Of a stretch of 45,783 nt of DNA, positions 45,160-45,783 are shown piece after piece. A program made the position numbers and the translations under genes. Source of the DNA: Candidatus Hydrogenedentota bacterium (GTDB lineage: Bacteria > Hydrogenedentota > Hydrogenedentia > Hydrogenedentales > GCA-2746185); NCBI GenBank assembly GCA_947486375.1, contig CANKTP010000003.1:1-45783 (forward strand). The letters run 5' to 3'. Positions within the stretch are counted from its first letter, which is position 1. Each line of letters opens with the position of its first letter. The notes under the pieces are model-generated. The model saw only the letters and a program-made list of their open reading frames with translations. It ran no database searches and had not been told where the DNA came from.

Positions 45160-45517
45160 ATGGTGAATCGAGACCGAAATCTGCTTTTTGGCGTCCTCGC
45201 CGTCCAAGCGGGGATGATCACGCCGGTGCAATTGGCCGAGGTCGGTGGCGTGTGGGCCACGGACCCATCGAGAGTTATCGCGTCGCGGCTGGCGGCGCAG
45301 GGGGTGTTGCAGCCGAGTGACCGCGACTGGTCGAGCGCGCCATCGAGGCCCACGGCGGCGATCCCGGGGCGACGCTCGGCTCCTTCAAGAGGCCCGCATC
45401 ACGGGCCAACTTGAACACCCCTCGATCGTCCGTGTCTACGAACTCGGCCGGAGGCTCGACGGGTCGGTATACTACACCATGATGCTCGTTCGCGGTCGGG
45501 AAGCCCCGCTCCCTTGA
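45160..45517 (+). pseudogene. Frameshifted, internally deleted remnant of a Ser/Thr protein kinase
   Basis: Three frames give MVNRDRNLLFGVLAVQ... / LVERAIEAHGGDPGATLGSF / LQEARITGQLEHPSIVRVYELG...YYTM, then a stop. The Gly loop, VAxK, HRD and DFG motifs are absent. Confidence 0.8.
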
Positions 45518-45542
45518 CGCCGCCCGCCGGGAGGCGTAATAT
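45514..45542 (+). promoter_or_regulatory. Candidate sigma70 promoter for the terminal lipoprotein gene
   Basis: TTGACG (45514-45519), 17-nt spacer, TAATAT (45537-45542). Confidence 0.4.
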
Positions 45543-45645
45543 CTGTATAGGTTTCTGTCGGGAGGCAGACTCCGCCAAGTCGAATTCACCCAGGTGCGTT
45601 TACGGCCCGCGCAGCCGGTTAGGCCGAAGAAACGGGGAACATCCA

Positions 45646-45783
45646 ATGAAACGCTACGCCAAACCCATCTTCAAGGTATTCGTGCCATGCCTGCTCGCGT
45701 TCCCGATGACTGCATGTCCATCGCCCGGAGGTGAAGGCGAGGGAGAAGGAGAGGGGGAAGGCAACCCAGACGTAACCACCTTC
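45646..45783 (+). CDS. Lipoprotein with (Gly-Glu)n repeat, 3'-truncated by window edge (not in the ORF track)
   Basis: Translates MKRYAKPIFKVFVPCLLAFPMTAC-PSPGGEGEGEGEGEGNPDVTTF: basic N-region, hydrophobic core, lipobox-like MTAC; purine-rich GGGGAA upstream. Confidence 0.75.
   Translation, partial: MKRYAKPIFKVFVPCLLAFPMTACPSPGGEGEGEGEGEGNPDVTTF

Noticed and set aside
1-45783. CRISPR arrays, tRNA/rRNA genes, transposases, defence systems
   Set aside because: No regularly spaced direct repeats, cloverleaf or rRNA signatures, or relevant protein motifs were seen by eye.

Overview
GC-rich bacterial window made up almost entirely of coding sequence. No rRNA, tRNA, CRISPR array or intact mobile element was seen. 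A (GE)n-repeat lipoprotein and Planctomycete-style kinase remnant tentatively suggest Ca. Hydrogenedentota or a related lineage. Content in order: sugar kinases (ROK, PfkB); a secreted YVTN-propeller/phosphoesterase; a thioredoxin-like/CxxCH/PDZ protein split by an in-frame UGA; a stand-alone DsbD-alpha-like protein; crcB, TfoX, MntR, di-heme cytochrome c and YVTN genes; an EF-Tu-domain-II/TPR membrane protein; msrP; acyl-CoA synthetase; D-aminoacylase; an IMPase-mtlD-E2-E3-YfhO run; a GalU-like gene plus a 1109-aa GHMP-kinase/UDPGP fusion; Nif3-tsaE; a repeat-bearing Ser/Thr kinase; rpmH-rnpA-yidD-yidC-jag-mnmE; a cobalamin riboswitch with btuFDC-like genes; and a decayed kinase pseudogene. 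The strongest hidden signal is a probable exported selenoprotein at about 4205-5449. It has a CxxU motif and a SECIS-like hairpin, and it is translationally coupled to the DsbD-alpha-like gene, suggesting an extracytoplasmic Sec/heme redox module. All calls come from reading motifs by eye; no database searches were run.
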